Positions 39,697 to 52,489 are shown, counted from the first letter of the whole stretch. The stretch is DNA of 63,203 nt, filler included, from Octopus bimaculoides (GCF_001194135.2; 4 parts of 4 records of this genome joined end to end with filler, not necessarily neighbours in it); one strand, 5' to 3'. Made by a program: numbers and translations. The notes: generated from the sequence alone by a model not told the origin.

Positions 39697-39756
39697 GGTG
39701 GTGAAAGCAGATGGTGAAAGCAGATGGTGAAAGCAGATGGTGGTGAAAGCAGATGG
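39697..39756. repeat. 13-bp tandem repeat (GGTGAAAGCAGAT) x4
   Basis: Direct reading of the sequence. Confidence 0.9.
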
Positions 39757-40030
39757 TCTCCATTTAAAAATTGCTTATTTGGTTGTTACTTTGGAGAGTA
39801 TGCTTTAAGAAACATAAATTTTTATGCATGTGACCGTGTGTGTATGTATGTGTGTGTGTACGTGTATGTGTGTGGGGTAGGGGGCGTGTGCGTGAACGTG
39901 TGTGCGCGTGCGCTTCTTGGTAAAGCCCTGTTTTTACTTTGTATTTGTGTATGTGTTGTGCTGTGCATTTAATTTGGATCGACTGCTTGCAGTTCGATTC
40001 TTGTAGATGTAGATTTTTTTGGCATGCGTG

Positions 40031-40072
<42 letters not shown>

Positions 40073-41102
40073 NNNNNNNNNNNNNNNNNNNNNNNNNNNN
40101 NNNNNNNNNNNNNNNNNNNNNNNNNNNNNNNNNNNNNNNNNNNNNNNNNNNNNNNNNNNNNNNNNNNNNNNNNNNNNNNNNNNNNNNNNNNNNNNNNNNN
40201 NNNNNNNNNNNNNNNNNNNNNNNNNNNNNNNNNNNNNNNNNNNNNNNNNNNNNNNNNNNNNNNNNNNNNNNNNNNNNNNNNNNNNNNNNNNNNNNNNNNN
40301 NNNNNNNNNNNNNNNNNNNNNNNNNNNNNNNNNNNNNNNNNNNNNNNNNNNNNNNNNNNNNNNNNNNNNNNNNNNNNNNNNNNNNNNNNNNNNNNNNNNN
40401 NNNNNNNNNNNNNNNNNNNNNNNNNNNNNNNNNNNNNNNNNNNNNNNNNNNNNNNNNNNNNNNNNNNTGTGTGTGTGTGTGTGTGTGTGTGTCCGCTGTT
40501 GGTTTGTTCACATTCCTGTAAGCTAGCGGTACGGCAAAAAAGTAAGATAGAATGAGTACCAGAGTTTGAAAAATCCATGCTGGGTTGATTTGTTCGTCTG
40601 AAAACCCTTCAAGGCCGTATCTCAGTATGGCTGTAGCTCAATGACCAAAACAAGTAAAAATAAGCAACGCTGGTGTTTCCCGTTTTTTTCCATCTTCTGA
40701 TATTGTTGCCTCGCAAACTATGTTTATTCGAAAGCAGTCTCCATGTAGTGGGCATGTTCTTGTACAGTTGCATAGCTTGTGGTTGTGCGTTGCGTTTTCG
40801 TTTGTATGTAGTCGTTTAATGACTGTATGATATGTTAGAATTTTTGTGTGCAGCTTTACTTAAACTGTACATTGCTTTTGTTGAATAGTTCGTAATATTT
40901 ACGTTCTGTCAGAAACCGTTGGCTAATTTGTGCTAGGAAGTGACATGATACAATTGTTGCTACTTTTGAATTGCAGAGTGAGTTGAACCAGATGATGTTC
41001 CTTTATTTTTTTCTATTTTTTCCTTTTTATTGTTTATACGACGTGTTTTAGGTATGTATTGCACTTTGTCTTTAATCTATTTGCTTTTAGGGTTTCGGTG
41101 TA

Positions 41103-41402
41103 AGACGCGTGGCTTAGTGGTTAGGGCATTCGGCTCGCGACTGTAAAGTCGTGAGCTCAATTTCCGGCGACGCGTTGTGTCCTTGAGCAAGACACTTTAT
41201 TTCACGTTGCTCCAGTCCATTCTGCTGGCAAAAATTAGTAGTACCTGTATTTCAAAGGGCCGGCCTTGTCACACTCTGTGTCATGCTGAATCTCCCTAAG
41301 AACTACGTTAGGAGTACACGCGTCTGTGGATTGCTCAGTCACTTGCATGTTAATTTCACGAGTAAGCTGTTCCGTTGATCGTATCAGCTGGGACCCTCAT
41401 CG
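41103..41402 (+). mobile_element. SINE family D inserted in the Penelope relic, 16-bp TSD
   Basis: TTAGGGTTTC(G/A)GTGTA at 41087-41102 and 41403-41418. Confidence 0.92.
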
Positions 41403-41675
41403 TTAGGGTTTCAGTGTAGAACGGTGCTCCTGGGTCGGGTCAGATATTTCCTTGTCAGGCGAAATTGTCGAGATTATTTGGTTTATGATGATGATTAGAT
41501 TTTTGATTATCGATAGTGAGTGGCACGAATTTATGTTTATATACAAAAGAACTACGCTAGGCTTTGTGTAAGAGTAGTGTTTCTCACAGAATTCAGATTT
41601 AATGTTACTTCAAGGTAGTTTACTACGGATAAGTTGGTTTGTACGGTTATGTGTAGGTCAAACTCTTTAAAGGTC

Positions 41676-42161
41676 TATAATGAGACTAGAAGGTTCCTGA
41701 TACCTGTGAAGTATCTCCTTCTCTCATTACAATTATTTTTTGTAGTCTTAGGGTTCTGGAACTCGAAGAAGAGGCTTACAAGCGGATGCAATTCAATGGT
41801 TGTTTATTTGGTTCTCATTTCATGGGGTTTGCTCCCGGCCACCATCTGTATGCCAGCGCGTAGTTCGTTAGCTCCGTTCGCGAGAGGTATATTACCTCTG
41901 GAGATAACGGGTAATGTTAGAGCGGGTTAAGAATCCGCTGTGATTTGCTAGGCTGCAGTGTTGTTCAATGTAAGCGCCAACGCGAGAGAAGAGAACGAGT
42001 TGCTCAATACACCTCCTTAAATAGATGCTGCCCACGAGAGCCTCGCTATGGTCTCACGCATGGCAAACATGTAGGCGAGATCTCGCGCTTGTCTCGGACC
42101 TGGCAATGGCCGCCGGCGAGATCTCGTGCAAAATGGCGCTGGCTTCTTGTGTTACGCTACA
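41676..42161 (-). mobile_element. Probable solo LTR inserted in the Penelope RT
   Basis: 486-bp CpG-rich insert flanked by a GGTC(T) duplication (41672 and 42162). The minus strand starts TGTAG and contains TATTTAA and AATAAA. Removing it rejoins the PLE frame EIIKT-FKE. Confidence 0.7.
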
Positions 42162-42930
42162 GGTCTTTATTATTTCTTTTCTGAATGTGATGAATTTATG
42201 CCAGTTCATATTTTAGCAGATGATTAATCCGTCGTCCCTGTGTAGTCCTATGCTGGATTTCGTGAATACTTTGTTTATTCGTTCATCTGCTAGTTCACAT
42301 GTTTTTTCTCTCTGTCGTAGCATTTCACGATGATGTTGAAAAGTTTATAATTTTCCTTATGCAGCGAGGCTGAGTTGTTGTGGAATAGGAGCAGCTTCTT
42401 TGCATTCAAAACTTGTCCATTATATGTTGATCATTGTTTNNNNNNNNNNNNNNNNNNNNNNNNNNNNNNNNNNNNNNNNNNNNNNNNNNNNNNNNNNNNN
42501 NNNNNNNNNNNNNNNNNNNNNNNNNNNNNNNNNNNNNNNNNNNNNNNNNNNNNNNNNNNNNNNNNNNNNNNNNNNNNNNNNNNNNNNNNNNNNNNNNNNN
42601 NNNNNNNNNNNNNNNNNNNNNNNNNNNNNNNNNNNNNNNNNNNNNNNNNNNNNNNNNNNNNNNNNNNNNNNNNNNNNNNNNNNNNNNNNNNNNNNNNNNN
42701 NNNNNNNNNNNNNNNNNNNNNNNNNNNNNNNNNNNNNNNNNNNNNNNNNNNNNNNNNNNNNNNNNNNNNNNNNNNNNNNNNNNNNNNNNNNNNNNNNNNN
42801 NNNNNNNNNNNNNNNNNNNNNNNNNNNNNNNNNNNNNNCTGCTACGCAAAAGTTTAAGATCTTTTGTCTATAGTAGGATGGATGATTATCATCATCGTCA
42901 TCATCATCATCATTATTATCATCATCCTTG

Positions 42931-42988
<58 letters not shown>

Positions 42989-43016
42989 TATTATTATTAT
43001 TATTACTACTACTACT

Positions 43017-43200
43017 AAGGCGGTCAGCTGGCAGAATCGTTAGCATACTGGACGAAATGCTTAGCGGTATTTCGCCCGTCGCTACGCTCTGAGTTCGAAT
43101 TCCACCGAGGTCCATTTTGCTTTCATCTTTCGGGTTCGATAAATTAAGTACCAGTTACGCACTGGGGTCGATCTAATCGACTTATCTTTTCCCCCAAAAC
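43017..43200 (+). mobile_element. SINE family B
   Basis: AAGGCGGTCAGCTGGCAGAATCGTTAGC..., directly after a trinucleotide tract. Confidence 0.88.
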
Positions 43201-43569
43201 TGCTACCCGTATGGCAAAATTTGAAAACATTATTATTATTATTATTATTATTATCATCATCATCATCATCATCGTCATCATCACAAAGGCGGGCGAGATG
43301 GTAGAATCGTTTGCGCGTCGAACAAAATGCTCAGCGGCATTTCTTACATTATGAGTTCAAATGTTCAAATGTCGCCAACATCAGTCCCACTGCCGTGTGA
43401 CTGAACCTGGAACCATGTGGTTGGTAAGCAAGTTATTTACCACACAGCCACTCCTAATGAAAAATTGTTTTTTATATTTTGAAAAGTGAAAGAAAGAAAG
43501 AAGGAAAGTATACACGGTATACACTGCAAAAGAAGGATCATTGCATAGCATACAAAGGTTAAAAAAAAA

Positions 43570-43860
43570 AGGAAGTACGAAATAGCCCGGTTATAGAAAA
43601 TGAAGAAGGTGAAGAGAGCGCCCATTATTGTTGGGTCTTTGGGGACAGTATCAGAAGGCATCAAGAGGAATATAAAGGAAATTGGAATAGAGTGCCCTGT
43701 AGAACTGTTATAAAAAGGTTTGCCTCCTTGGCACGGTCAGAATAATCAGGAAAGTATTAGATAGCTGAAAAGAATGGATAGCATGGTACTGTAGGCTGCA
43801 GATAGTAAGCTCGCTACGCATGCAAGACTCCAGGAGCTCCAGCAAAACCTGTGATAAAAA
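43570..43860 (+). mobile_element. 3' end of a second R4/Dong-like RLE retrotransposon
   Basis: EIARL*KMKKVKRAPIIVGSLGTVSEGIKRNIKEIGIECPVELL*K/VCLLGTVRIIRKVLDS*, the canonical R4-clade C-terminus. Confidence 0.88.
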
Positions 43861-44164
43861 TTTCGTTTTTGGATTTGGTTTGCAAGATTCTTTATGCGAG
43901 TTCGTGTGTTGAAGCATGTTCTGTTGTGTCTTGGGAGAGTAATTCTCTTTTGGTGCCTTATAATTTAACACATTCAACGGTAAAATTTCCACTTATTTCG
44001 TTTTTTATTCAAAAGGATGCAAGATGCAACGAAAATTTTAGAAAAATAAAAAAGAAGTGGAAATTTTACCGGTGAATGTGTTAAATTATAAGGCACCAAA
44101 CGAGAATGACTCTCCCCAGACACAACAGACAGTGATAAAAAGAAATAATAATAATAATTATTAT

Positions 44165-44495
44165 TATTTCCGTTATTGGCACAAGGCCACCAATTTTACG
44201 AGGAGAGGTTAGTCGATAACTTAAGCGATAGAGTGGGGGGCGGTAAATGGGACAAAATGAATAATTTCTTTATTACCCACAAGGGGCTAAACATAGAGGG
44301 GAAAAACAAGGACAGACAAAGGGATTAAGTCGATTACATCGATCCCAGTGCGTAACTGGTACTTAATTTATCGACCCTGAAAGGATGAAAGGCAAAGTCG
44401 ACCCCGGCGGAATTTGAACTCAGAACATAACGGCAGACGAAATACTGCTAAGCATTTCGCCCGACGTGCTAACGTTTCTGCCAACTCGCCACCTT
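44165..44495 (-). mobile_element. SINE family B composite
   Basis: Matches 5100-5335. Confidence 0.9.
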
Positions 44496-45064
44496 GTTCT
44501 GATTTCTTTTAATTTCTCTTTTTATTTGTTTGAAACCATTACATTGCAAGTATTGCATCATCATTTTGTACTGCTGCATCATCTTTGGGAGTAAAATTTG
44601 GTCTGCATAGATGTTGCTGTTGTTGTTGTTGGAACTGAGAGAGTTTAAAACATAGTCAGGTGACAGGTACTTTTTTTTTTCTTTTCCATGGAATTTTTCC
44701 TCAACTTTGACCCGACTGTAATTGAGGCTGCTAATAAAATATCTGGATAATTTTTAGTGTTGAACAATCAATATTCTTTTCTCTGTTAGATTCCAAGTCA
44801 ATTGTTCCCACACTCTTGTTTAGTTTGATGATTTTCAATTTTCAAAACAATGTTATTTAATGTGAGACAAAATGAGTAATGACTAATTTCAATAATTTCT
44901 TCTATTTAACAGTATGATACGTAAATATATTAGGAAGAGATCCTCTCCAGCAGATCGTGAAGAAGCTATAGAGACTATTTTATGTTGAAATTTAAGATTT
45001 ATTTGAGATTTCATTAATTTCATATCTTGTACCATTTTTCCAAGATCCTCTTTCATTTACTCTT

Positions 45065-45268
45065 TTCTTCTTTTACTTGTTTCAGGCATTTGACTGCGGC
45101 CATGTTGGAGCACCGCCTTTAGTCGAGCAAATCGCCTCCATGACTTATTCTTTGTAAGCCTAGTACTTATTCTATCGGTCTCTTTTGCCGAACTGCTAAG
45201 TTACGGGGACGTAAACACACCAGCATCGGTTGTCAAGCGATGTTGGGGTGACAAACACAGACACACAA

Positions 45269-45343
<75 letters not shown>

Positions 45344-45445
45344 TACGACGGGCTTCTTTCAGTTTCTGTCTACCAAATCCACTCACAAGGCTTTGGTCGG
45401 CCCGAGGCTATATAGTAGAAGACACTTGCCCAAGGTGCCACGCAG
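45065..45445 (-). mobile_element. SINE family A (head truncated) with an expanded internal (TA)n
   Basis: Matches 28840-29200. Confidence 0.9.
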
Positions 45446-46189
45446 TTACTGATCTTTCTGATATCTGAGACTCATACACATCTTTTAGTGAGTATGAGTC
45501 TTTTTTTTTTTCTTTTACTGGTGGAATTTTGGAGAATTGAAGGGGTAAATTAATCTTATCGTGTCTTCCTCATTTTGCCCCAGCTAAATATGTCTTTTGT
45601 ATGCTCAAAGAGAACGGAGATAATGTTTCCAAAATAGTCTTCTGAATATGCTATTGTGTTTTTGATGCCTCTAGAGGTCATTTGCTTTTGTAGGGTAATG
45701 AACATACGATTTTCTTTTCTTTCAAAGCCAAAAATGCAGTAAATATCACTTATTGTGCCCCATCCCCACCCCTAATTACATTATCGATTCTCAGATAGAT
45801 GAAAGGCAAAGTCGACGTCTGCGGAATTTTAAGGCAAAACGTAAAGAGCCGGAAGAAATACCGCCAAGTATTTTGTCCGACACGCTAACGATTCAGCGAG
45901 CTTGCTGCTTTAATAACAATGATGATGATGATGTAAGGAAAACAAACAGAAGCCACTAGCCTTATCTAAAGGTTAAGTATACTAATTAAAATAATAAAAA
46001 TAATAGCGTTATTGTGGATAACACGTGACCAGTACGCATAACAACTTTTTTTTTATTATAAATATAGAAATGTCGCTGTGACCCGCTAAAAACTTTGAGC
46101 AGTCCACCTTATGCATCACTACAATAAAACATCCGAGATATGAATGGGATTATATAACAAAAGACGAAGATTAATTAATTATTGTTTCT

Positions 46190-47060
46190 AGCATTCATAA
46201 TAAGGCCTGATTTGAGGGGAATGGAGTTATTCGGTTACATTGTTTGCAGTATTTGACTGGTGTTTTATTTTATTGACCCTGGAGGGAGAAAAAGCAAAGT
46301 TGACCTTAACAGGATTTGAACTCAAAGTGTAAAATGCATTTTGATTTCCGATGCTCTAACGACTGGGCCAATCCACAACTCTGACGAAGAGGAAATAATT
46401 CTTTTAAGTTTTGGCACAAGGCTAGGACTTTTGAAGGGATTAGAGGGTGCTGGTCGATTATATTAACCCCCCGTGCTCAACTCGTACTTATTTTATCGAT
46501 CTCGAAAAGATGAATGGCAAAGTCGACCTCAGCAGGAATTGAACTCAGAATGGAATGTAAAATAATAATAATGATGGTTTCTGATTTAAACACAAGATCA
46601 TCAGTTTTGACATGAGGGTTTAGAAGATTATCATTGAGCCTTAGTACATGACTGGTACTTTATTTCATTGGTCCCCGGGTGATGAAAAGCTGACATCGCT
46701 GGAATTTGAACTCAGAATGGAACATAAAATAAAGATAAAGGTTTCTGATTTAAGCAAAAGGTTGGCAATATTGACGAGAGGGGGGTAGTCGATATCATCG
46801 ATCCCAGTATTGACTGGTAGCAGGGGCGGACTGAGCCGTCAGTCAATCGGACACTGCCCGAGGACCCGGAGCTCTGAGGCGCCCACACTAACACACATTC
46901 AAAGGGGCCCGGTAAACAGTTATGCCCAAGGGTCCTTAATACTCTCAGTCCGCCCCCTGACTGGTAGTTTATTTTATCAACACCAGAGGAATAAAAGCCA
47001 AAGTTGACCCCAGACGAAATCTGAATTCAGAAAATAAGGAGCCGGAACAAACGCCGCAAG
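46190..47060 (-). repeat. Head-to-tail array of about 4 degenerate family-B SINE-derived units
   Basis: Recurrent ...AAAG(T/C)(C/T)GAC...GAA(T/A)TTGAACTCA. Two junctions share CAGAATGGAA..TAAAATAA...GGTTTCTGATTTAA. Confidence 0.7.
46821..46959. mobile_element. hAT-type MITE with 8-bp TSD
   Basis: TIR CAGGGGCGGACTGAG / CTCAGTCCGCCCCCTG; TSD ACTGGTAG at 46813-46820 and 46960-46967. Confidence 0.9.
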
Positions 47061-47193
47061 GTATTCTTTTTGGTGGTGTGGTGGTGGTGTTGGTGGGGGG
47101 CAGAATACCATCCTGGTGGAAACTAAATAACAACAACGAAGACCAAATAATAGCCACGAAGACAAAACAAACAAGTGTTGTAATAACAAGCAG

Positions 47194-47258
47194 CACGTGA
47201 CCATGACAGCGCGTGCCGACTTGTTACGTGTTCAGCAACAATCACGTGGTAGGTAAGT
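47194..47258 (+). other. Candidate promoter-proximal first exon: two CACGTG E-boxes, short ORF start and strong donor
   Basis: CACGTG at 47194 and 47243; accATG at 47203 giving MTARADLLRVQQQSRG, then ag|gtaagt at 47253. Confidence 0.3.
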
Positions 47259-48265
47259 CGCAAAAACCATTTGGCCTTGGTATCGTCCTGCGGAATAAGC
47301 CAATAAATGACAGTTATTTAACATTACTGTAGCACCACTGCATAGAATCGACCAGGGAGCCTCTGCATAGTCGCTTGCTCCGCTAGAAATAGCAGCTGAA
47401 TCAACCTCGAACAAGAATGCACCGTCTTAAAAAAAAAAACCCAAAATTGTAAGAGCACATTAGAAAATGTAGTTTTAAGTACCTTTGAATGGATGAAATG
47501 GTCATGGGTGGAACTGGAATGCCTTGCATAATTGATAGCTCTGTTCAATCAGGTGTGGCCTACGACTTTTATTTTTCGTGTAAATGCGCAAATGAAGGTG
47601 AAACTAATGTAGGTATACATGAGTAGTGCGTGTGTGTGTATGCATATATAGGTGTGTGTGTCTATGTATGTATGTGTGTGTATGTATATATATATATATN
47701 NNNNNNNNNNNNNNNNNNNNNNNNNNNNNNNNNNNNNNNNNNNNNNNNNNNNNNNNNNNNNNNNNNNNNNNNNNNNNNNNNNNNNNNNNNNNNNNNNNNN
47801 NNNNNNNNNNNNNNNNNNNNNNNNNNNNNNNNNNNNNNNNNNNNNNNNNNNNNNNNNNNNNNNNNNNNNNNNNNNNNNNNNNNNNNNNNNNNNNNNNNNN
47901 NNNNNNNNNNNNNNNNNNNNNNNNNNNNNNNNNNNNNNNNNNNNNNNNNNNNNNNNNNNNNNNNNNNNNNNNNNNNNNNNNNNNNNNNNNNNNNNNNNNN
48001 NNNNNNNNNNNNNNNNNNNNNNNNNNNNNNNNNNNNNNNNNNNNNNNNNNNNNNNNNNNNNNNNNNNNNNNNNNNNNNNNNNNNNNNNNNNNNNNNNNNN
48101 NNNNNNNNNNNNNNNNNNNNNNNNNNNNNNNNNNNNNNNNNNNNNNNNNNNNNNNNNNNNNNNNNNNNNNNNNNNNNNNNNNNNNNNNNNNNNNNNNNNN
48201 NNNNNNNNNNNNNNNNNNNNNNNNNNNNNNNNNNNNNNNNNNNNNNNNNNNNNNNNNNNNNNNNN

Positions 48266-48310
<45 letters not shown>

Positions 48311-49409
48311 GGAGGTATATGTCTGTATATATGCTAGAGTGTATGTGTGTATACTGGCCTATATGCCCTTATGCTAATGTGTATGCTAGTGTGCGTGTGT
48401 TTATATGCTAGTGTGCCTACGTGTGTATGCTGGTGTATGTCTATCTATATGCTAGTGTGCGTGCTAGCATGCATGTATGTTTGTATTACCTGTGCTTCTG
48501 TGTTTGTTCGGATGCCTATGTGCTTATATACGCTGTGTGCTAGAGTGTGTGTCTTCATATGTTAGTGTGTACGTGAATTTATATGACAGTATGCATACGT
48601 TTACATAGGAGAATGTGCATATGGTAACATGTATAATCACATCTGTTTGTGCTAGTGTACATCCGTTTATATGCTACAGAGCATATATGTCTGTCAGCGT
48701 ACGAACGTTTTATCTGCTATGGTGCATGTACAGATGCTAGCGAGCATGTGCTTACATGCTAATATACTTGTGTGTGAGCTAATGCACCTTTCTTTGCTCG
48801 TGAGCATGTATGTTTATATATTATAGTGCACGAGTGTCTATATGATACTGTGCACCTGTGTAAGCCTGTATGCTTGTGTTTATTCTTGTGTACAAGTATT
48901 TCAACGCTAGCTTACATATGAACTTATATACTAGATAATGTCTGTGCTTATATGATCATGCGTATATGGATTTATGCTAGTGGGTATGTGTGATTATATG
49001 TCAGTGTGCTTGTGTATATGTTACAGTTCACGTGAGTTTATTATGCTAGAGTACAAATGTGCATATATATATATATATATATATANNNNNNNNNNNNNNN
49101 NNNNNNNNNNNNNNNNNNNNNNNNNNNNNNNNNNNNNNNNNNNNNNNNNNNNNNNNNNNNNNNNNNNNNNNNNNNNNNNNNNNNNNNNNNNNNNNNNNNN
49201 NNNNNNNNNNNNNNNNNNNNNNNNNNNNNNNNNNNNNNNNNNNNNNNNNNNNNNNNNNNNNNNNNNNNNNNNNNNNNNNNNNNNNNNNNNNNNNNNNNNN
49301 NNNNNNNNNNNNNNNNNNNNNNNNNNNNNNNNNNNNNNNNNNNNNNNNNNNNNNNNNNNNNNNNNNNNNNNNNNNNNNNNNNNNNATGTATGTATGTATG
49401 TATGTATGT

Positions 49410-49467
<58 letters not shown>

Positions 49468-49507
49468 TGATAGGCAGACAGACAGACAGACAGACAGGCA
49501 GGCAGGC

Positions 49508-49600
<93 letters not shown>

Positions 49601-50726
49601 TACGTGTGTGTGAATGTGTGTTTTGACGTTGAGTTATTTAAAATGAATTAAATTAAGCTAAATGATTAAACTAAAGGGTTCCTCAATACTTTTATAGTAC
49701 AGTACATACTCAAGGAAAAGGCTAACAGTGATTTCAAAGTTTCGTCTTGCTCGCCATCATTAGACTATCGGCGAGCAAGCCGACACTTCGAGATCACTGT
49801 CAATCTTTTCCTTCGAAAAATTTGCGCGTGCGCGTGTAAAACAGTGTGTAAATTACTTGATGTATATACACTGAATATAGGCGAGTTACTGCGGTGTTTT
49901 TCCCGAGGTAACCTCTCTAATGGACGTACTGTGTTAAAAACACAATAAACATCAAAGGGGTACGATAATTCGTCCCGGCAGCGGCCAGTGAGAACGCCAG
50001 ATGCATTTCGGCCTTTTTGAACCTTTTCAATGGTGCGTATTCGCATCCAGTCAAATGTCGTTGTCGTTGATATAGAAAGGATGAATAAAACATTCACTAA
50101 TTTTGCGAATAGCCGCCCGGCTGAATAAAATTCTGGTGTTTTCGACCCCCCCTCTGATATTTATTGTGTTGTCGGAGTGTTGAAGGATATTTCACCAGAT
50201 GTCACAAGAGGTCTTAGGATGTTTCGCCCATGCTGTTGTGGTTGCTGATTGAATTTACGTATGTATGTATGTATGTATGTATGTATGTATGTATGTATGT
50301 ATATAACAAAATGAGAGAAATAGAAAATGGAATTCCAAACCACGGAACCTGTAGGCAACTAGCTATAGGCAAATGACGACAAGCATTATAATAGAACCAA
50401 GCGAAACCGAGTTTATTGAGTGAAGTAATTTTTGAAAAGTCACCTGGCGAGACGTATCTGTACCGAACGATGCACCACAACCAGTTGTACAATATCTCAC
50501 CCGCGCCGGACCAGTGCAAGATGGGTCGAAACGATCGTTGTGATTAATAAAGAATTTCGTGGATTCCATTTCCTGTCTTCTTATTTGTTATATAGTCGAC
50601 AGACACCGAGCAATTCCTGAAGTAGATCCAGTGGCATTTATATCAATACTGTGGATGACATCAGGTAGCCATAAACGGTGAAGGTGCTTTAGTCGGCATA
50701 CGAGCAAGTGTATACCCAAGGTTTAA

Positions 50727-50757
<31 letters not shown>

Positions 50758-51239
50758 TGTATGTATGTATGTATGTACGTATGTATCCCCAATAAAATAT
50801 TCCAGACACATGTCCCTTATTGTACTCTTATTCAGTATGATACTGTGCGAAAAAAATTGGTGATTTTGCATTACAAGTATAGTGGAGCAAGACTCTTGCT
50901 GAGTTTTGAACCATTGTGCTTAGGTTCCCCTGCTTAAGACCATGACCTATTATACTATTGTAGATGGCATGGTCATATAAAAGGCTTTAATGCCTACGCA
51001 GACTTGACTCGACTAATCAAATCAACTGTCCTGTAACCAGGGCGGCTGAAATTTTGCTGCCAAATAGTCTGGTCGAACCTTCTACAAAAACTCTGTTAAG
51101 GCTTTGTAAGAAGCTGGCGAAATGAATCCCAGCTAAAGACATTCAAAAGTCCACACGGAGCCCTGTCGCTCTTTTCGTTTAAGGCTTTTGTCGAACAAAT
51201 CGACCCCAGTACCTTTTTTACTTAGGTCTGACACGTATT

Positions 51240-51473
51240 CTTATTTCTTTATTGCCCACAAGGGGCTAAACATTGAGGGGACAAACAAGGACAGACAAAG
51301 GGATTAAGTCGATTACATGGACCCCAGTGCGTAACTGGTACTTAATTTATCGACCCCGAAAGGATGAAATGCAAAGTCGACCTCGGTGGATTTGAACTCA
51401 GAATGTAACGGCAGACGAAATACCGCTAAGCATTTCGCCCGGCGTGCTAACGTCTCTGCCAGCTCGCCGCCTT
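51240..51473 (-). mobile_element. SINE family B
   Basis: Matches other copies. Confidence 0.9.
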
Positions 51474-52489
51474 AATACGTCTGACATGTATTCTATCGGT
51501 TCTTTTGCGGAACTGCTAGTTTACCGGGACAGAAACATACAAGCACCGGTTATCAAATGGTGGGTGGCAAACACAGACACAAATACACAAACACACGCAC
51601 ACACACACACACATACACGCACACACATATGTATTTATATATGTGTGTGCGTGTTTGTGTTTGTGTGTGTGTGTGTGTTTGTGTGTGTATGTATATATAT
51701 ATATATANNNNNNNNNNNNNNNNNNNNNNNNNNNNNNNNNNNNNNNNNNNNNNNNNNNNNNNNNNNNNNNNNNNNNNNNNNNNNNNNNNNNNNNNNNNNN
51801 NNNNNNNNNNNNNNNNNNNNNNNNNNNNNNNNNNNNNNNNNNNNNNNNNNNNNNNNNNNNNNNNNNNNNNNNNNNNNNNNNNNNNNNNNNNNNNNNNNNN
51901 NNNNNNNNNNNNNNNNNNNNNNNNNNNNNNNNNNNNNNNNNNNNNNNNNNNNNNNNNNNNNNNNNNNNNNNNNNNNNNNNNNNNNNNNNNNNNNNNNNNN
52001 NNNNNNNNNNNNNNNNNNNNNNNNNNNNNNNNNNNNNNNNNNNNNNNNNNNNNNNNNNNNNNNNNNNNNNNNNNNNNNNNNNNNNNNNNNNNNNNNNNNN
52101 NNNNNNNNNNNNNNNNNNNNNNNNNNNNNNNNNNNNNNNNNNNNNNNNNNNNNNNNNNNNNNNNNNNNNNNNNNNNNNNNNNNNNNNNTAAAGTTGTCAG
52201 TGATTGATTGAAATTATCGAAATAAGACAATTTTTTACATGAAATAAATTCGAATACAAAAATATTTTTCTGTCCTATAACACAAAATAGATAAGTATAC
52301 GAAGTTTGAAAGTCTTTCGGTACCAAAAACACTACGTAAAACATTAATGAAAAATGTGGCCTCCATTTTAAAAAAGATCCTACATTTGTTGAGATGTCAG
52401 TGTTACTTTCATGTTTACGCAATTTAGACAACAATATATTCACCGCACCCTGTATATGTGTGTGTGGGGGGGGGGGGTATTTATATATA

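Larger units (their letters stand above)
40670..42439 (-). mobile_element. Penelope-like element relic (RT core to thumb to Cys-rich linker), twice interrupted
   Basis: In order on the minus strand: KKLLLFHNN, TCELA, IGLHRDDGL (cf. GLYRDDGL), RKEIIKT|FKEFDLHITVQTNLSVVNYLEVTLNL, IIKNL, RNIIWFN and CNCTRTCPLHGDC...IVCEATI. This is the motif order of PLE reverse transcriptases leading to GIY-YIG. Confidence 0.88.

Noticed and set aside
21361-41180. tRNA-like sequences at 21361, 37313, 37750-37812, 38472 and 41103
   Set aside because: They are SINE heads with A/B boxes joined to conserved repeat bodies, not stand-alone tRNA genes.
41634-42216. Plus-strand ORFs of 63-98 aa
   Set aside because: They are antisense to the Penelope relic and within the LTR-like insert.
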